Shown here: piece by piece, positions 1 through 9,495 of the stretch | Layout of the letters: each line of letters starts with the position of its first letter | Position numbering within the stretch: position 1 is the stretch's first letter | Origin: Draconibacterium orientale | Lineage (GTDB): Bacteria > Bacteroidota > Bacteroidia > Bacteroidales > UBA1556 | Direction: 5' to 3' | NCBI GenBank assembly: GCA_020718275.1 | Contig: DYSI01000005.1 | Span: 1 to 63,480 of the forward strand | Length of the DNA stretch: 63,480 bases | The notes under the pieces: generated by a model | What the model saw: the letters and a program-made list of their open reading frames with translations, nothing else | Database searches by the model: none | Told to the model about the DNA's origin: nothing | Position numbers and translations under genes: made by a program

Positions 1-1453
1 TATCTGCCACCGTATTAATTTCCGGTGAAACCTTTGATAGATATATAATTCCTATATAAACAATGGAAACGATAGCACTTTTGTAAGGAATATCCACATA
101 ATATCGGTTGGTCATTGGTAAAAATTGTGACAAATACAAAAGTACAAGCATAAGTAATGTGATATACAGGCTTTTAATGTCGAAAGGTTGCATCTTGAAT
201 TTATACCAAATAAAGAAGTAACGGAAGCTTATGAAGCTAAATAGAGAAAGAAATGACGCAAATGCAGCGCCGCTAAGTCCATATTTTGGAATGAAAAGGT
301 AATTAGTTCCTATCACCATTAGGGCTAGACCTACCATGGCTATTGATTGTACATAATAATATTTTGAAGATCCAATTACGCTCTTGCTGACTCCAGTGGC
401 CATTTCCATCCAGGAAGAAATTCCAATAAAAATTAAAACGTATTTTCCTGTTTCGTAATTTTTTGGCAGGTATTGGTAGATGCTGTCGATATTGATAAAG
501 AGACCCAAAAGCAAAAAGCTACCAGCAACCATTTGACTTAACGTGCTTTTCTTGTAAATATCTCGAATATTGTTAAGGTCGTTTTTCATCCATGAGTCAG
601 CAATTACTGCATTGGCAATTTTCACCATTGGCCGATTTGGTACTGAGATTAAAATGGCAAAGAAATAATTAATAGTGTAGATACCGGTTGCCGCTACTCC
701 AGCTATGGTTGAGAGCATAATACTGTCTATATTGAGAATAATAACGCTAGTAACAGAGGTGAAAATGCTGATTAACGATACTTTAACTACTTGATTCATC
801 AAATCCTTATCAATGTATTTTAAGGTTGGATTTATTCGAAGTTCGCCAGCTTTGTAAATATTATAGGTTAAAAGTAGCGTGGGAATGGATACTGCTATGA
901 CAAACAGCATAATGTATTGCGAAAAATTTATCCAGTCGAACCAAAATAATAAGGTTATGATTATAAGTAAGATTCTTTGCACAAACTCTTTATGAATTAT
1001 TGCATAGGTGGAGTTGAAGAGTTGGGTAAAATAATTATCGAGGGTTGAAAATATTAATTGGGTAATAATCAGTAAATAAATCCATGAAAAGTACTCGGTA
1101 AATAGGGCTGATTTTTCGATGCTTTTGCTGATAATCCAGGGTTGCATCAGAAAAAGGCCTACGAAAGTAATGAGTAAACCGATGGCCGAAATCAGTAGTC
1201 CTAAATACAGAAAACCTTTGTGAGCCGTCTTTTTATCTCTGAAATAGGGGAAGAGGCGAACGGCTACGCCATTAAATCCCAAACTCGCTAATTGGGTTGC
1301 TAAGGTGGAGTATGAAAGTAGCAGTTTGGTGACTCCAATTTGTTCGGGTTCTAGAACAAATGGGTAAAGTAGTCCAGTAGTTACAAAACCTAAAAGCACG
1401 CCAATATATGAATAGAGGGTGCCTTTTATCGACTGACTTTGGATAATTCCCAT
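1..1453 (-). CDS. Polysaccharide biosynthesis / oligosaccharide flippase family (Wzx/MATE-like) membrane protein; 3' end runs off the window
   Basis: Not in the ORF track. I read ATG at 1453 (MGIIQSQSIKGTLYSYIGVLLGFVTTGLLYP...); the same frame is still open at the window edge (...YLSKVSPEINTVAD). Multi-pass hydrophobic; N-terminus resembles Bacteroidota flippases. Confidence 0.8.
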   Translation of the reverse strand, partial: MGIIQSQSIKGTLYSYIGVLLGFVTTGLLYPFVLEPEQIGVTKLLLSYSTLATQLASLGFNGVAVRLFPYFRDKKTAHKGFLYLGLLISAIGLLITFVGLFLMQPWIISKSIEKSALFTEYFSWIYLLIITQLIFSTLDNYFTQLFNSTYAIIHKEFVQRILLIIITLLFWFDWINFSQYIMLFVIAVSIPTLLLTYNIYKAGELRINPTLKYIDKDLMNQVVKVSLISIFTSVTSVIILNIDSIMLSTIAGVAATGIYTINYFFAILISVPNRPMVKIANAVIADSWMKNDLNNIRDIYKKSTLSQMVAGSFLLLGLFINIDSIYQYLPKNYETGKYVLIFIGISSWMEMATGVSKSVIGSSKYYYVQSIAMVGLALMVIGTNYLFIPKYGLSGAAFASFLSLFSFISFRYFFIWYKFKMQPFDIKSLYITLLMLVLLYLSQFLPMTNRYYVDIPYKSAIVSIVYIGIIYLSKVSPEINTVAD

Positions 1454-1463
1454 GCTAAAGAAT

Positions 1464-1495
1464 AAAAAAGCTAGCGAGTATTGGCGCTAGCTTTT
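1464..1495 (-). terminator. Intrinsic terminator after the PepSY-like gene
   Basis: Stem AAAAGCTAGCG / CGCTAGCTTTT, 8-nt loop, T-run on the minus strand. Confidence 0.75.
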
Positions 1496-1515
1496 GGGTT
1501 GTTTATTTCATTGAT

Positions 1516-2301
1516 TTATAAATCTTGCACTTCTTCCGAAAGCATTTTGCCGTAGATGTCGAAATTGTAAATAAACAGCTTCTTTTCTCCTTGCTTTTTC
1601 AGTTCAACATAGTAATGCTCTCCATACGTTTTGTTTTCGCGTATCCGCACTTCTTTAAAACGGTAATCAATTAAGTCATGCCGTTCTTTTAAATAATCGA
1701 TCGCTGGACTTGGTAAATCATCTTTTTTAATGCTCTTGTCATATTCAACTTCTTCTAAATCAGATAATTCCTTGTCAACTTTTTCTCCGTATTTATCTTG
1801 TGTATCTTCTTCCACTTTTTCTTCTTCTATAGTTGGCTCGTAAACCGTGATAACCACGCCTTGAAAATTATATTGTGCATCGTACACTAAGGGCGGTTTT
1901 TTGCGGCTTTGACTTTTATGTAAAATTACGGAATAGTATTTTTGCGTTGGTCCGCTTATGATCAAATAAGCCTTGTCGATTTTTTTATCGCTATGATTTT
2001 TGCGAATGTCGTCGGCAATTTTTGTGTTTAGCTTGCTAATTTCTATTTGCATTTTCGAGGCAATTTCTTTGCCGAGCTTGTCGTATTTTATCTCGGCATC
2101 TAGTCCATTATTTAGAAATTTCACCAGATAATCCTTCTGTGGATCAATGACAAACCATTTCGTTTCTTGTGGTGTTTTGTATTTTTTTGCAAACTTTTTG
2201 GTGATGGCTTCAGGCACTTTTTTTACGTCAATTAAAGTTTGGCAGTAGCTGTTATTGCTGAAAAAGCCAATTAGCATAACGATTAATAGGAGTCGTTTCA
2301 T
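1516..2301 (-). CDS. Secreted protein with PepSY-like (BLIP-like) repeats
   Basis: Signal peptide; repeated motifs VPEAITKKFAKKY and DLPSPAIDYLKERH with Y.VEL and FD..GK segments; acidic linker. Confidence 0.65.
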   Translation of the reverse strand: MKRLLLIVMLIGFFSNNSYCQTLIDVKKVPEAITKKFAKKYKTPQETKWFVIDPQKDYLVKFLNNGLDAEIKYDKLGKEIASKMQIEISKLNTKIADDIRKNHSDKKIDKAYLIISGPTQKYYSVILHKSQSRKKPPLVYDAQYNFQGVVITVYEPTIEEEKVEEDTQDKYGEKVDKELSDLEEVEYDKSIKKDDLPSPAIDYLKERHDLIDYRFKEVRIRENKTYGEHYYVELKKQGEKKLFIYNFDIYGKMLSEEVQDL

Positions 2302-2375
2302 TGGGTCTTGTTTTGGTTTAGGGTCGATGTTTGCTTGCTCGTTCTAAAGCTCTCAGAAATGAGAAAGCTAGGGCA

Positions 2376-2383
2376 CAAAGTTA
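2376..2383 (-). promoter_or_regulatory. Bacteroidota sigmaA -7 element TAACTTTG for the PepSY-like gene
   Basis: Exact TAnnTTTG match 75 bp upstream of the start. Confidence 0.6.
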
Positions 2384-2644
2384 CAAAACTTATCCATTGC
2401 CCAATCATAGTATTATAATAGATAATGCTTGCATTTTTCAATCTTTACATCCTTCCAATTCCCTGCTATCATTGCTTTTGCATTCTGAATTAGCGAATGA
2501 TATTTTGCGCTCGATTCGCATGTATTATGAGAATTTCGAAAAATGGAATTTAATGGTTTTCGATTCCATTTTTCGATGGCTATATTTGGCTTTAAAGCTT
2601 GATTGTTCTGTAAGTATTCGTGTTGTAAATATATTTAAGATTCG

Positions 2645-3991
2645 CTATAACAGATCGTTAGCTAAATTAGCTAGCTCCGAACGTTCTCCTTTTTCGAGGC
2701 GGATGTGTGCATAAATGGGGTGTTTTTTGATTCTGTCTATTAGGTACGAAAGTCCGTTTGATTGCGAATCCAAATAGGGAGTGTCAATTTGGTAAATATC
2801 ACCAGTGAAGATTATTTTGGTATTCTCACCAGCCCTAGTAATAATGGTTTTCACCTCATGCGGGGTTAGGTTTTGAGCCTCGTCCACGATAAAAATAATA
2901 TTTGATAAACTTCTGCCTCTGATATAGGCCAGTGGCGTGATTAGGAGCTTTTCCTTTTCGAGCATGGCGTCAAAATTCTTGTATTCTTTATCGGTTTCGT
3001 CGTATTGGTTTTTGATAAATTTCAAATTATCGAAAAGTGGCTCCATATAAGGATTGAGTTTTGATTTGATATCGCCCGGCAAAAAACCGATATCCTTATT
3101 ACTCAATGGTACGATGGGGCGAGCCAATAAGATTTGTTTATATTCTCGCTTTTGTTCCAGCGCGCAAGCCAAAGCTAGCAGGGTTTTCCCGGTTCCTGCA
3201 ACGCCTTGTATGGTCACTAGTTTTACATCCGGATTGAGGAGGGCGTGCATGGCAAAGACTTGTTCTGCATTTCTTGGTCGAATGCGCTGGGCATTAACCT
3301 TTTCTACTCTTTCAAAGAGTTTGGTGATAGGGTTGTAAAATGCTAAGGCAGAGGCTTTTCCGTTTTTTAAAATAAAATACTGATTGGGTATTGGATCTTT
3401 AATACCGACCTCCTCGGGCTCAATAAAGCCACTTTCATAAAGTTTTGCAATTACTTTGGATGGTAAGTTTTCAACCAGCCGTTTGCCTTCATACAGATCT
3501 TCTACATTCTGTATTTTTCCAGTTTGAAAGTCTTCGGCGAATAGATTTAGTGCTTTGGCTTTGAGTCTTAGATTAATATCTTTACTTACCATCGTAACTT
3601 TGCAGTCGGGATAATCAATCTGAAGTTTCAAGGCGGCATTCAAAATCCTATGATCGGCTTTGCTTTCTCCAAAAATCTTGTTTGCATCCTGCATCCCTTC
3701 TATCTCTTCGTTCATCACCACGCTCACTCTCCCTTTATTTTTCCCTTCCAGCTGAACCCATTCTTGCAGTTTGCCACTGCCCGAGAGCGTATCCATAATT
3801 CTAATAAACTCGCGGGCTTCAAAATTCTTGATTTCGTTGCCTTTCTTAAAATTGTCTAACTCTTCCAATACCGAAATTGGAATGGCTACATCATTGTCTT
3901 CAAAACTATTAATCGAATTGTGATTGTAGAGAATGACGGAGGTATCTAACACAAATATTTTCTTTTGCTTTTTCTTGCGAATGATGGCCAT
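2645..3991 (-). CDS. PIN-PhoH family protein (PhoH2/YlaK-like)
   Basis: PIN motifs LDTSVIL, EELD, ADHRIL, SKD; Walker A GVAGTGKT; GFLPG, RGRS, DEAQN, GD..Q.D. Start moved from 4039 to the ATG at 3991 (MAIIRKK). Confidence 0.92.
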   Translation of the reverse strand: MAIIRKKKQKKIFVLDTSVILYNHNSINSFEDNDVAIPISVLEELDNFKKGNEIKNFEAREFIRIMDTLSGSGKLQEWVQLEGKNKGRVSVVMNEEIEGMQDANKIFGESKADHRILNAALKLQIDYPDCKVTMVSKDINLRLKAKALNLFAEDFQTGKIQNVEDLYEGKRLVENLPSKVIAKLYESGFIEPEEVGIKDPIPNQYFILKNGKASALAFYNPITKLFERVEKVNAQRIRPRNAEQVFAMHALLNPDVKLVTIQGVAGTGKTLLALACALEQKREYKQILLARPIVPLSNKDIGFLPGDIKSKLNPYMEPLFDNLKFIKNQYDETDKEYKNFDAMLEKEKLLITPLAYIRGRSLSNIIFIVDEAQNLTPHEVKTIITRAGENTKIIFTGDIYQIDTPYLDSQSNGLSYLIDRIKKHPIYAHIRLEKGERSELANLANDLL

Positions 3992-4311
3992 AAGTAGTTT
4001 TAGTTTGATAATTGATGAGGTAAAGTTAGTCCTTATCAATCATTAAAGGCTGTTATGAAATTATTAACTCCTAACATGATGAAGTTGAAAACTGTTTTTT
4101 AATTGGTTTTGGTTCTGTAATTAGTTGTTAACTAAATTATTGAATACTTGGGGGTATTTATTTATCAAGAGTTGTCTGTTGATTATTAGTTTTGTTGTGC
4201 CTTTGATTTTTGTTTTATTGGTACTTTTACGGGCTCAAAACTTTAACGAATGTTCCAGTGATGAAGAAAATTATCATCATTCGAGCAAACAAATAATTTC
4301 AAAATTCAAAG

Positions 4312-5412
4312 ATGATTATTCAAGAAATAGTGAAAGGTACGCTTATCGAGGAGGTTGTTTCCAAGGTAATGGCTGGACAAAGGATTAGTGTCGAAGAAGG
4401 GATTCTGTTGTATGAAAAGGCTGATCTTTCGGTGCTTGGCTTTTTGGCCAACGAAATCAGAATTCGCAAAAATGGCGACTACGTTTATTTTAATAGAAAT
4501 CTACATATCGAGCCAACAAACCAATGCGTTTATACTTGTAAATTCTGTTCGTATTATCGCAAGAAAGGCGAAGAAGGTTGGGAATTTTCGCGCGAGGAAA
4601 TACTTCAGCAGGTGAGTGATATGGGCGATCAAATTACTGAAGTTCACATAGTTGGTGGTGTTCATCCTAAATGGGACGTTCATTATTATGGTTCGCTTTT
4701 TCAGCAAATCAAAGCCATCCGGCCTGATGTTCACATTAAAGCATTTACCGCTGTAGAAATTAGCTACATCTGTAAACGAGCCAATATGACTTTGAAAGAG
4801 GGTTTGGCCGCTCTGAAAAACTACGGATTGGATTCGATTCCTGGCGGTGGCGCCGAGATATTTGATGAAGAAGTGCGCCCTAAAATTTGCCCCCATAAAG
4901 ATACTGCGGAGGAATGGCTTCAATTACACGAAATTGCTCACCGATTGGGGATTCCTTCCAACGCAACCATTCTTTACGGTCATATCGAATCCATTGCCAA
5001 TAGAATTGATCACCTGAACAGGCTTCGTGAGCTACAAGATCGTAGCGCTGGTTTTAATGTGTTCATTCCATTAAAATACAAAAAAGCCAATAACGAAATG
5101 TCGTATTTGGGCGAGGTGAGCGTGATTGAAGATATTAAGATGTATGCTATGTCACGTATTTTCCTCGACAACTTCAACCATATAAAAGCTTATTGGCCTA
5201 TGATTGGAAAGGATATAGCGCAGTTATTATTGTCTTTTGGAGTTGACGATTTTGATGGAACTATCAATGATAGTACAAAAATATATTCCCTTGCTGGTGC
5301 CGAGGATCAATCACCGAGTATGAATACCGAGCAAATGGTGAATATGATAAAAGCCGTTGGACGTCAGGCAGTTGAGCGTGATTCGGTTTACAATATTCTA
5401 AAAATTTATTAG
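4312..5412 (+). CDS. mqnE: Aminofutalosine synthase (radical SAM, CofH/MqnC/MqnE family)
   Basis: CxxxCxxC (CVYTCKFC), EVHIVGG, HIKAFTAVEI, PGGGAEIF, HIKAYW. These motifs fit MqnE better than MqnC. Confidence 0.85.
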   Translation: MIIQEIVKGTLIEEVVSKVMAGQRISVEEGILLYEKADLSVLGFLANEIRIRKNGDYVYFNRNLHIEPTNQCVYTCKFCSYYRKKGEEGWEFSREEILQQVSDMGDQITEVHIVGGVHPKWDVHYYGSLFQQIKAIRPDVHIKAFTAVEISYICKRANMTLKEGLAALKNYGLDSIPGGGAEIFDEEVRPKICPHKDTAEEWLQLHEIAHRLGIPSNATILYGHIESIANRIDHLNRLRELQDRSAGFNVFIPLKYKKANNEMSYLGEVSVIEDIKMYAMSRIFLDNFNHIKAYWPMIGKDIAQLLLSFGVDDFDGTINDSTKIYSLAGAEDQSPSMNTEQMVNMIKAVGRQAVERDSVYNILKIY

Positions 5413-5491
5413 GGAATTAGGTTTATTTCATTGGGTCTGAACCCTTGTATGTAAATCTTAAATTTGAACAAATCGCCGAGTAATCAATGCT

Positions 5492-6622
5492 TTACAGTTT
5501 TATTATTTCTTTTTGGATGCTTTCCCAAACTGCCTTTGCGGTTTGATCCCACGAAAAATACTTTGCCCGTATTTTGCCTTTTTCAATATAGGCTTGGCGT
5601 ATTTCGGAATCGGAATCCATGGTTTCCATAGCCTTGGCGATTGATTCATAATCAAAAGGGTCAACGAGTAGTGCTGCGTCTTGGGCAACTTCAGGCATGG
5701 AGGTTACATTTGAAGTAATAACAGCGGTTTCTGCCCTAAATGCTTCTAGAATTGGAATGCCAAAACCCTCAAAAAAACTTACATAAACCATTGCAATAGA
5801 GGCGGCTACCACTTCATTTAAACGCTTGGAATCTAAATGGCCAATAAATTGAACAGCAGATTTATTCAACATCTTTTGGTATTGATTTTCCATTTCATCG
5901 TTCCACCAATATTTATTACCCACGATGATTAAATGCGTATTTGAGGCTTTTTTGTTTTTGTAAATCTCAAATGACTGAAGAAGTCCAATGATATTCTTGC
6001 GAGGATGAAGCGCGCCTACAAAAACAAAATATGGATTTCCATTACTCAATTCATCTCTTATTTGCTGTTGACGTACGTCTGCAATTGGTTGATAATTAGT
6101 GTTTACGCCATTGTAGGCTACCTCAATCAGCTTTGGACTAATGTCGTATTGCTTGATGATGTCACTTTTCGAGTAGTTTGAAACAGTGATAATTCGCTTG
6201 GCTTTTTTGGCAAATCGCGGAAAAAAATATTTGTAATACCAGCGAACCAATCTTGGTAAATGTTCAGGATAATGTTCAAAATTAAGGTCGTGGATAACCG
6301 AAATTTGGGGGAGTTTGCAACGCAACGAAAGGTAACCATCGGGCGATAGAAATAGGTCTGCTTTAAATTTTTTTAGAATATACGGAATCGAAAATTCAAA
6401 CCAGGCGATAAATAACAAAGGATGCCGGGCTGGAGGTCCAATCACCACTCCTTGTACATTGGCGGCAAATATAAAGTCGGGGTCAAATGGTCGGTCAAAG
6501 ATAAAAATGAATTCGTGCTCTGGGTGTCCCTCGGCAATTCTTCTCATGGTTTCGTAGGTAAACCAACCAATCCCCTCCAGTCGATTTTTAAGTAATAACC
6601 TTGTATTTACTGCAATTCTCAA
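5492..6622 (-). CDS. Glycosyltransferase family 4
   Basis: IHDL, VSNYSK, RKN and EGFGIPILEA (ExFG...E) GT4 signature; TTG start. Confidence 0.92.
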   Translation of the reverse strand: MRIAVNTRLLLKNRLEGIGWFTYETMRRIAEGHPEHEFIFIFDRPFDPDFIFAANVQGVVIGPPARHPLLFIAWFEFSIPYILKKFKADLFLSPDGYLSLRCKLPQISVIHDLNFEHYPEHLPRLVRWYYKYFFPRFAKKAKRIITVSNYSKSDIIKQYDISPKLIEVAYNGVNTNYQPIADVRQQQIRDELSNGNPYFVFVGALHPRKNIIGLLQSFEIYKNKKASNTHLIIVGNKYWWNDEMENQYQKMLNKSAVQFIGHLDSKRLNEVVAASIAMVYVSFFEGFGIPILEAFRAETAVITSNVTSMPEVAQDAALLVDPFDYESIAKAMETMDSDSEIRQAYIEKGKIRAKYFSWDQTAKAVWESIQKEIIKL

Positions 6623-6797
6623 GTTTTGTATACCGATAGTTTATAGGGTGCAAATATCTTATTTTTTAACTTGACATTGCGCCATTTCTTTCAATACTCA
6701 GGGCATGGGATTTTTATTTTTATAAATCAGACATTTAGCTTGCAAATTTGAAAAATTGGTTTAAATTTACGTCCCTAAACTAGCGTGCTCTACACCA

Positions 6798-9389
6798 ATG
6801 ATTACAATCTTTTTTACTGATAAGTTGACTTTCAATTTGCTTCGATTAGATTCGGATGCTTCTGTTGACACTTTGCATTATTTGCACTTCGATGAATTAG
6901 AATTTAGTGACTCATTATTAGCTTTATCCGAAGAATTTATTGCGGTGATTGATGTGAAATTCTTATCTACATTTAAGGATTATAGCTCCAAAAGGAGTAA
7001 TTATACCTCCATTCTATTGCTGGCTGACGACGATCAGCATGATATGGATTTAAAAGTGTATCAAACTTTTGATATTGTTTTGCCAAAAAAGGCAAATCTG
7101 AGTTGGATTACAACACTTTATTTGGTTATTAATCAAGTACAAGTGAGTCAGCTCAAACTTCAAAATCAAAGACTTAGCCAGCTTACAAAGTGCGAAATAA
7201 CTCCTGTAATTGCGGAAGCTCCGATAAGCGTTTATAGATTGAATAAGGACTTTATGGTGCTCAATTCAAATGTGGTTTTTCCGAACCCTTATGAAATACC
7301 GGAGCTTAAAGGACAGTCTTTCTTTGAGTTAGTGGGAGAAGAGAATAGGGAATTTATCCTTCATTCCATTGCTGAATTATCCGAATCAAAACCGGTTAGC
7401 GTTTTTGAGATTAAATATACTAGCCCGACTAATCAGATTTTTGTTTTCCAAATTCAATGGGCAAAATGCAATTTCCCTATTCCTCATTCCTATACAGTTA
7501 TTTGCCATGATATCACCAGTCAGATGCAGGCTGCCGAACGCATTCAAAGTAGCGAGCGAAGGTTTCGCACCTTTTATGATAACAATCTTAATGGTGTTTT
7601 TTTTGTTGATAATCAGATGATTGTTAAAAGCGTGAACACTAAGTTTATTGAACTGATGTCTCCAAAGATTAATTTTCACTTTATTAATTTACCATTAACG
7701 GAGGTTTTTAAAAATTTTGAAGGAGTTTCAAACTATTTGAAACAGCCACTCAAAATAGATACAATTAATCGTTTTGAGTGCTTCGGTACTAATTTCGAAG
7801 GACAACCATTATATTGCTTGTTTAGTTTGCAAAAGCTGGATGAAAACGAATGGCTTGGCGTAGTGTATGATATGACCGAAGAGCACGATGTAGCATTAGA
7901 AAATAAATTGCTTCGCAAATCGGTTGATAGCATCGTGTCGATGGTTGTCATAACCGACCGTACTGGCAAAGTTCAGTATATCAATAAGCGGTTTAAAGAA
8001 ATTACAGGCTATACTTTTTTTGAGGTAAAAGGGAAAAATCCACGCGTTCTTAAAAGTGGAAATACCCCAGCTTCGGTATATGAGAATTTATGGATAACTA
8101 TTTTATCAGGTAAAAATTGGACAGGAGAATGGCAAAATAAAGCAAAAGACGGTAGCCTTTATTGGGAAACTGTGCGAATTTCCCCTGTGCACGATCTGAG
8201 TGGAAACATTACCCATTTCATTGCCATCAAAGAGGATATTACCAAAGAAAAGGAGGCTCAAAAGAAAATGAACTTAGTCCAAGAAAAGGCTCATGAAGTG
8301 GAACAGTTTCAAAGCGAACTTTTGGCTACCATTGCCCACGAAATTCGAAATGCTATGAATACCATTCTTGGTTTTACGGACCTTCTGAGTCAAACTAATG
8401 TCAACAATGATAAGGTGCTCTTATACAGTAATTTTATTTATGGAAGCGCCAAAAATCTGCTGCTTACTTTTGATCATCTTATGGAAATTAGCCTTTTCGA
8501 ATTGCAACTAAAAGAAGTTAAGTTTGAAACTATACATGTAAATGATTTTTTAACAAAAATATATAAAAGCAGCTGCTTAAAATTTAGCAAAATTAATAGG
8601 TCACTATTGTTTCAAAAAACTGATTTTTCTACCGTTTCTATTAAAACAGATGTCACAGTCCTAGAGAAAACAATTCAAATTCTATTAGATAATGCGTTTA
8701 TATTATCTACAAACCAGCAAATTGAGATTGGAATGATTCTCCGTAATCATCAAGTCATAATTTACATGAAGGATACTGCTAATAGTTTGGACTTCAGTAT
8801 TCAAAGTAAACTTCTAAATGAATCCACCAGTGATGACAACACCATTTCCAGCAAGTTGAGCGGAATTGGCTTGGTTATGAATATTGCTAAACGAAATGTG
8901 AATTTGATTGGCGGAAGTATTGAAACAGAATCAAAGCCTGATGGTGATTGCATTTCCCTTGTTTTTCCCATCCTAGATCAGCAGATTGAAAGCAATGTCA
9001 AGGAGTCGAATGAATTGACTGCGAAAACTAAAACTATTTTAGTGGCTGAAGATGAGCTAATTAATTATAAATTATTGGAGATTCTGCTTAAACATATCGA
9101 TCGAAATTTTTCGGTTTTGCATGCCTTTAATGGAAAGGAAGCCGTTAAAAAGCTGAAAGAGAATCCTGACATGTCCGTAGTTTTTATGGATATAAAAATG
9201 CCGGTAATGGATGGTTTAGAGGCAATGCAGCAGATTCGAACCTTCAATACGGATATTCCTATCATTGCTCAAACGGCTTTCACGGCCGATGAAGATAAGC
9301 TTATTGCTTTTAAATCAGGGGCTAACGACTTTATTTCTAAGCCTATCAATAAAGAGGAGTTGAAGGCAATAATACAAAAATACTTATGA
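6798..9389 (+). CDS. Cytoplasmic PAS-domain hybrid sensor histidine kinase / response regulator with degenerate HATPase boxes
   Basis: PAS domains (ITGY...GKNPRVLKSG...WTGE), H-box IAHEIRNAMN, C-terminal receiver (AEDE, MDIKMPVMDG, KP); no TM helices. Confidence 0.85.
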   Translation: MITIFFTDKLTFNLLRLDSDASVDTLHYLHFDELEFSDSLLALSEEFIAVIDVKFLSTFKDYSSKRSNYTSILLLADDDQHDMDLKVYQTFDIVLPKKANLSWITTLYLVINQVQVSQLKLQNQRLSQLTKCEITPVIAEAPISVYRLNKDFMVLNSNVVFPNPYEIPELKGQSFFELVGEENREFILHSIAELSESKPVSVFEIKYTSPTNQIFVFQIQWAKCNFPIPHSYTVICHDITSQMQAAERIQSSERRFRTFYDNNLNGVFFVDNQMIVKSVNTKFIELMSPKINFHFINLPLTEVFKNFEGVSNYLKQPLKIDTINRFECFGTNFEGQPLYCLFSLQKLDENEWLGVVYDMTEEHDVALENKLLRKSVDSIVSMVVITDRTGKVQYINKRFKEITGYTFFEVKGKNPRVLKSGNTPASVYENLWITILSGKNWTGEWQNKAKDGSLYWETVRISPVHDLSGNITHFIAIKEDITKEKEAQKKMNLVQEKAHEVEQFQSELLATIAHEIRNAMNTILGFTDLLSQTNVNNDKVLLYSNFIYGSAKNLLLTFDHLMEISLFELQLKEVKFETIHVNDFLTKIYKSSCLKFSKINRSLLFQKTDFSTVSIKTDVTVLEKTIQILLDNAFILSTNQQIEIGMILRNHQVIIYMKDTANSLDFSIQSKLLNESTSDDNTISSKLSGIGLVMNIAKRNVNLIGGSIETESKPDGDCISLVFPILDQQIESNVKESNELTAKTKTILVAEDELINYKLLEILLKHIDRNFSVLHAFNGKEAVKKLKENPDMSVVFMDIKMPVMDGLEAMQQIRTFNTDIPIIAQTAFTADEDKLIAFKSGANDFISKPINKEELKAIIQKYL

Positions 9390-9465
9390 TAAACCTATGT
9401 AAGTAATTGCTGCGGCTTTTGTAAATTCACTTCCCCTAAAGCATAAAAGCTGCTTTTATTAGTTG

Positions 9466-9473
9466 TACTTTTG
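9466..9473 (+). promoter_or_regulatory. -7 element TACTTTTG for valS-aspS
   Basis: Exact TAnnTTTG just upstream of ATG 9496. Confidence 0.65.
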
Positions 9474-9495
9474 CGCAAATTTTTTAAAAATAATT

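Noticed and set aside
2331-2714. 127-aa + strand ORF
   Set aside because: TTG start, no recognisable motif; overlaps a minus-strand promoter, an inverted repeat and the PIN-PhoH 3' end
4162-4200. TTATCAAGAG upstream of a radical SAM gene, like a SAM-I riboswitch 5' end
   Set aside because: No P2 kink-turn, GCAACC, GTGC.AA or closing P1 strand follows
4125-4388. 87-aa ORF overlapping the mqnE start
   Set aside because: TTG start; its hydrophobicity reflects T-rich promoter DNA; out-of-frame overlap with mqnE
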